From: Azolla caroliniana
Lineage: Eukaryota; Plantae; Polypodiophyta
Length of the DNA: 11,094 bases
Assembly (NCBI GenBank): GCA_043228905.1
Contig: JBHGNT010001193.1
Span: forward strand, 1-11,094
Reading direction: 5' to 3'
How positions within the stretch are numbered: the stretch's first letter is position 1; the number at the start of each line of letters is the position of its first letter. This document shows, one piece after another, positions 6,300 to 11,094 of the stretch. The translations under genes and the position numbers were made by a program. Below the pieces are notes generated by a model. It searched no databases. It was not told the origin of the DNA and worked only from the letters and a program-made list of their open reading frames with translations.

Positions 6300-8764
6300 T
6301 GCCATTCCATGGTCTATTTTGTAGTAACATGCCTCATTAGAGCATGCCTTCATTCCCTTAATTCTAATTAGACAATTTCCAACATCTATAAGTCCAGTCC
6401 ATTCAATTTTAGAGGTAATGATAGCTTCATCTTCCAAGGTTTGCTTGCTGCATGCAATGACATCTGTAATTCTCATTAGCATGCTTTTACCCATGTTTAC
6501 CTTCCATATTCTAGCCTTTTGAGTGCCCACATCATTAGACAAAAATCTCTTTCAATCCACTAACCATTCTCGTGGGCATTGATTAAGTTGGCCCATTTGA
6601 AGCCTTCTTTTTGTCATATCATCAGGCCATCCATAGATTCTTTGATCAGTGGGTTCCAAACAATTGGCATGTACATCCAGGCATATGCATCATTTCTCCA
6701 CCTACAAATGATTCCCTTTCTGATTCTTTGCCATGCCTTCATAATACTAACAACACATATACTCTGCGTACATCCCTAGTATTGGGTCCCATTTCTGGCA
6801 CAAAACCCCAAAAAGGGTTGATTGGCCAGCTTCCACCTTGTCTCAACAACCACATCTTCCATCTGCGTCTCCAAAGAATTTTCCAAGGTGCCTGAGGTGG
6901 TTGCAAGCTCCTGACCACCAATTTACCTAGTAAGGCCTTTGTTTGCACCATGGGATCTATTAGTCCCACCCCACCTTCACTTTTTTTCTTTTATAATTGT
7001 GGCCTAGGCAACCTTGCACGAGCATGTTTTTTCTCGATGCCCCTCCATAAGAAATTTTTTATAACCCTTTTTATCACTTTCATCGACTTGGGCGTGATTA
7101 TCAAGTATGCGACAATATGCCATATAGTGGCTATTAGAATTTGATTTGCAAAGGATAGTTTTCTTGCATTCCACCATATTAGCTTCATTTTTTTTTGTCC
7201 ATGAGTACATTGTAGTGTTATGATTGATCAATGTCCATACCGATTTTGAAAGCCAAGTATCTAGTACCTTCTCCTCTCCTCAACCATTTGAAATTGGGGT
7301 CCAGAGGCTAATTTAACACAGACTTATTACTAATTTATTCTAGTTTATTTTAGCACCCGAGCCCCTACAAACCTCATTAATTGCACTTTGCAGTCCGTCC
7401 AAGTTGTTTGCATCCCCCCTAATGTAAGTCATTGTATCATTAGCATATTCTGTATCAAGCAACATTCCTGCATCATCGGGCAAGGGAAGGCCTTGTATTT
7501 GCCAAGATCTATCAATACTCTGATAATGCAAAGCTGTTGTTGCAATAATGAATAGGTACGGGGCCAATGGGCATCCTTGGCGTACCGATCATGATGTCTT
7601 AAAGCTCTTCCCCATGTTTCTAGCCATTAAAACCTGGATGGATGCATCCCTATAAAAGGCATCCATTGTTGCTCGAAGCCTAGGGCCTCCATCACTACTT
7701 CTAGGAATTCCCATGAGATCCTGTCATATGCTTTTTCGAAGTTGAGTAGCATTATTGTGAGGTCCACTTCTTGCTCCTCCGCCCATGTTGAATACTCCCA
7801 GAAAGTTATCAAATTGTCCATAATGCTCTGGTTTTCTAGGAAACTAGTTTGCGTTGTATGTATAATGTCCCCTAGTACCATTGTCGTGAAGGTTTCCGGC
7901 TACGGTGAGAAACTCGGGTAAGACAAATAAAATGGGGATGTGCAACATTGCACATGCACTTGTAAATTTGTATAATGAGAATAAGATAACAAAATGTAAG
8001 GGGAAGGGTAATAATCTAAGGTGCTAAAGGTGCACCATGAGGTTTGTAGAGGCATAAAGGTGATGTGCACTTTGTAGACTAGAGGAAAGTACATGAAGAA
8101 TGGGTGTAGGGAGTAGTGGGCATTGAGTGTCAATGTGAGAGGAGAGAATATTTAAGATCAAGGAAAAATATTCCACATTGAAAGAAAGGGATTTGACCTC
8201 TCCTTTTGTAATGTGCCTCACCCCTTACTACTATAAAAGGGAATGAGGGGTCTCTTGTGAAGGGGTTGCCTATTTTGAGTGAGGAGGGGCTTCCACTTTT
8301 TGGGTTTCTTTGGGTTGCCATTTCGGAATTTTGGGTTTTAGGATCTCATTTTAGGGTTTTCATTCGTCGTCTTCTTCTTCTTCTTTTCCCCTATCCGGTT
8401 AGGGTTTCATCTAGAGGGTTTACATTCGGCCTACACGGCCATGATTGTAATTGGTGTGGTGCTTTCCATAATGTATCTTGTCTTGTTTAGATATTATTCT
8501 TTTGAATCTTAATTGCTTGAATCTTAATCTTTCTCTTCCTTCTCGGTTGAACTCCCAATCTTCTCTCCCTCCTCTTACTCCCTAGTCCAAGACCCCGTGG
8601 TCCCGTCCTATTCGACACGCATGCGCGGATTTCTGTGACATTGTTTTCAATCAATTACACACAACTTTAGCCATGATCTTATAGGCATTGGTGAGAATAG
8701 ACAATGGTCGCCGATTATTGAGTATTGTAAGATCTTTTCCATCCTTGGGCATTAAATAAATAAC
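6300..8764 (-). mobile_element. L1-type LINE ORF2 (RT and downstream region), heavily decayed, interrupted by solo LTR B
   Basis: From 8764: VIYLMPKDGKDLTILNNRRPLSILTNAYKIMAKVVCN*LK, then [LTR], then VLGDIIHTTQTSF..DNL..LLNFEKAYDRISWEFL, VRQGCPLAPYLF, YAND (7447-7436, decayed YADD), SGAKIN, IKNFLWRG and EGGVGLIDP. Multiple stops and frameshifts. The boundary below ~6700 is approximate. Confidence 0.92.
7882..8640 (+). mobile_element. Solo LTR B (759 bp) inserted into the LINE RT; related to solo LTR A
   Basis: TGTCGTGAAG...TGTGACA, with TATAAAAG at 8232-8239. It interrupts the LINE motif N*LK|VLGDII. The first 10 bp are identical to LTR A and the last ~60 bp align with it (AGACCCC-TGGTCC-ACACGCAYGCGCG). 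Confidence 0.9.
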
Positions 8765-8765
8765 A

Positions 8766-8959
8766 TGTTCATGTTCACAAGTTGAACGATCGCGCATTCC
8801 ACTTTTAGATTCCTTTTGTAGTAGTACAAATTTAGGTTATTGTGAAATATTGGGTGCACCAGTATACATGAGCAACCACATATATAGGATTTGCTAAATT
8901 ATTAATATGTAACAAGTCTCTAAATAGAGAACATATAGTTTAAATTTAAGAATATCACA
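8766..8959 (-). mobile_element. Possible short LTR or LTR remnant at the LINE/copia junction
   Basis: Fills almost exactly the gap between LINE and copia similarity. Minus strand reads TGTGATATTC...CATGAACA with an internal CCTATATAT. No TSD. Confidence 0.3.
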
Positions 8960-10185
8960 AGCAAATCTGCCACATTAACTTTTTGAAGCTTCAAGAACTG
9001 TAGTCGAAACAGGTGGTATTCGGACTGCCAAAGTTCAACGGTCGGAAAGGCCGAGTATGTGAAGCTTGCCAGCTCGGGAAGCAACATAGGCTTCCATTCC
9101 CCGCTAGGAAGAATCAGAGCCGGAATCAGTTCGATCTAATCCACACGGATGTATGGGGACCGACGAGTTGCATGAGCATGGGGGGGAGCCGATACTTTGT
9201 CTCCTTCATCGACGATTTTAGTTGACACACTTGGGTCTACCTATTTGAAAAGAAGAGCAAAGTCTTCTCATGTTTCCGGGACTTAAAGAACGTTGTCGAA
9301 TGGGAAACTGAACGGAAGATCAAGTGTCGAAGGTCGGATGGTGGGAAAAAATACTTTTCCAGCCAGTTCAAGAGCAATCCGCAGACAAAGGGAATCCAGA
9401 GGGAGTTTTCCTAGAAATACACGCCAGAGCAAAACGGTGTGGCTGAGAGACAGAACTAGATGATGGTCGAAGCGATCGGGGCGATGTTGGAGGAGAAGAG
9501 CATGGCCAGGCTCTATTGGGCCGAAGAGATCCGGACGACCGTCTATATACAGAATCAGATCTCTACTCCTGGAGGGAAGGTGTCGCCACATGAGCTAGAT
9601 TTTGGGCGAAAGCCGAATTTGGCACACCTCACGGTGTTCGGTAGTATTGCATATGTGCATACACCGGATGAGAGACAAAGGAAGCTGAATGCCAAGGTTG
9701 AGAAGTGTATCTTGGTCAGCTATTCGCGTGAATAGAAGGGGTACAAGTGTTACAACTCCCGGAGGAAGCAAGTGCGGGTGAGCCGCAACATCGTGTTTGA
9801 CGAATCAACGTCTAGGTACTCCCTTCCATCTCCAACTCCCGAAGACTACGAGTTGATTTCTAGAGAAGAGGCCAGTGAGTCCAACCCTCTGAATGAGGAA
9901 CATATCGGCACTCTAGAAGAGAGTTCGATTTCATTCTGGTTAAGTGGGCCGAATGGAGATTGAGTCGGAACGACTGGTTAGATGAGGAGCCGACAAACAA
10001 TGAATACTCGGCCGTGTAGTCCCCACAACAGAAACCGAGGAGATGGCTTACCCGCAAGGAGAAGGGAAAGATAAAGATGTTGGAATATGGGACAGAGGCC
10101 AGTGCATCAGATCAGAGTGAATCCGAAGCGGTCCGGACAAAGATGAACCTCTTGAAATGAGGTTGCAGTCGGCCAAGAAGGCCAT

Positions 10186-10290
10186 TGTGAAAGTTAGCGT
10201 GCGGAAGCATTAGACAAACCGGCTCAGCCGGATAGCAACAGAAAATGAGAAAAGATGTAATGAAGAACTTAACATAGAGAATACGTGTGG

Positions 10291-10336
<46 letters not shown>

Positions 10337-10656
10337 ATAACATGAATTTAATTCAAAATAATGACAATACTCTCTGTACATAGAATGTGCTCATAGAGCA
10401 CTTTTATACAAGTCCATAAAGGATTGGCAGAAGTACTGACAAGTACTTCAATATTCCTATGTGCGATTGACACTAACTACGAGACCATGATTACCTAGTA
10501 GTCTAGGCTACTACTAGGCTTCCGGTTCGCAGTCAAATCCGGCTCTCTGATCCGTCTCCCCAATCTGGCTGGTTGTATCCGGATACCGATTCGGCTCATC
10601 CTTCCGGATATCATCTGGATACCGATCCGGATATGGTTGAGCTTGCTCGCTCATCA
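10186..10656 (-). mobile_element. Solo LTR C (471 bp) inserted into the copia integrase-RT linker
   Basis: TG...CA termini with flanks GCCAT (10181-10185) and ACCAT (10657-10661), a 5-bp TSD with one mismatch. Removing it restores ...SAKKAMKSAKQKLHRSTRQK. TATAAAAG on the minus strand at 10408-10401, followed by (TC)21. Confidence 0.85.
10293..10334. repeat. (GA)21 microsatellite within solo LTR C
   Basis: Read directly from the sequence. Confidence 0.95.
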
Positions 10657-11094
10657 ACCATGAAATCGGCAAAGCAGAAGTTGCACCGATCAACCCGCCA
10701 AAAGAACCTCGTAGTTTGGTATGGGCACAACGACTATATGACACATCATTATGCATACATGGCAAAGGTGGCGGAAGTGTGTGAGCTGGAGAGCTACGCA
10801 AGGTAGCGAAAGATGCTAATTGGTGTGCCACTATGGAGGAAGAGATGCACGCATTAGTGGAGAACGAGACATGGGACCTGGTTGACGCCATCAAAAGTGT
10901 GAAGCCAATCGGGTGCAGGTGGGTGTACAAGGTCAAGTACAATGTTGACGGCTCTATGAACCGGTACAAGGCCCGATTGGTGGCAAAAGGCTACGCGCAG
11001 TAGCACGCCATTGACTACGACGAGACATTTGCGCCGGTTGCCAAAAGGACAACCGTTCGGGTGCCACTGCGGCGGTAGCGGTCATGAAGGGATG

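Larger units (their letters stand above)
8960..11094 (+). mobile_element. Ty1/copia pol fragment (GAG-pre-integrase, integrase, linker, start of RT), decayed
   Basis: HINF..VCEACQLGKQHR, LIHTDVWGP, YFVSFIDDFS, RSDGG, TPEQNGVAERQN, LTVFGSIAYVH, KCILVSYS, VSRNIVFDE, followed by NETWDLV, PIGCRWVYKVK, RYKARLVAKGYAQ, DYDETFAPVAK. Integrase-before-RT order defines copia. Several stops and frameshifts. Runs off the right edge. Confidence 0.96.

Noticed and set aside
2903-8640. LTR A and LTR B as the two ends of one element
   Set aside because: They have opposite orientation and diverged interiors, and each interrupts its own host ORF, which resumes on the other side.
7879-8644. 6-bp direct repeat CATTGT at both ends of LTR B as its TSD
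   Set aside because: It overlaps the TG and CA termini, and excising on it leaves one extra codon (LKTMVL) relative to the usual LINE spacing. A decayed 4-bp TSD fits better, though it is not proven.
9283-10969. Minus-strand ORFs 9283..9591 and 10514..10969
   Set aside because: Antisense shadows of copia pol and LTR C with no independent motif.

Overview
Eukaryotic, transposon-only window with no intact host gene. The element types suggest plant, probably moss-like, heterochromatin (inference). From left to right: (1) 27-1557, an AT-rich array of about 15 copies of a ~53-bp palindrome at roughly 150-160 bp spacing. (2) 2738-6203 (-), a decayed, 3'-truncated Ty3/gypsy element of Tcn1/Tf1 type. 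It has a 370-bp 5' LTR, a self-priming-type PBS, gag with a CCHC knuckle, a -1 frameshift signal, protease and RT. The RT is split by a 665-bp solo LTR (2903-3567). (3) 6204-6272 (+), a tRNA-like/SINE head. (4) ~6300-8764 (-), a decayed L1-type LINE ORF2 split by a 759-bp solo LTR (7882-8640) related to the first. (5) ~8960-11094 (+), a decayed Ty1/copia pol (integrase then RT) split by an unrelated 471-bp solo LTR (10186-10656). Most notable: both related solo LTRs appear to have inserted into the same 4-bp target (CCGT) in the same orientation; the gypsy element shows a complete tRNA-independent self-priming layout; and the palindrome array is unexplained.
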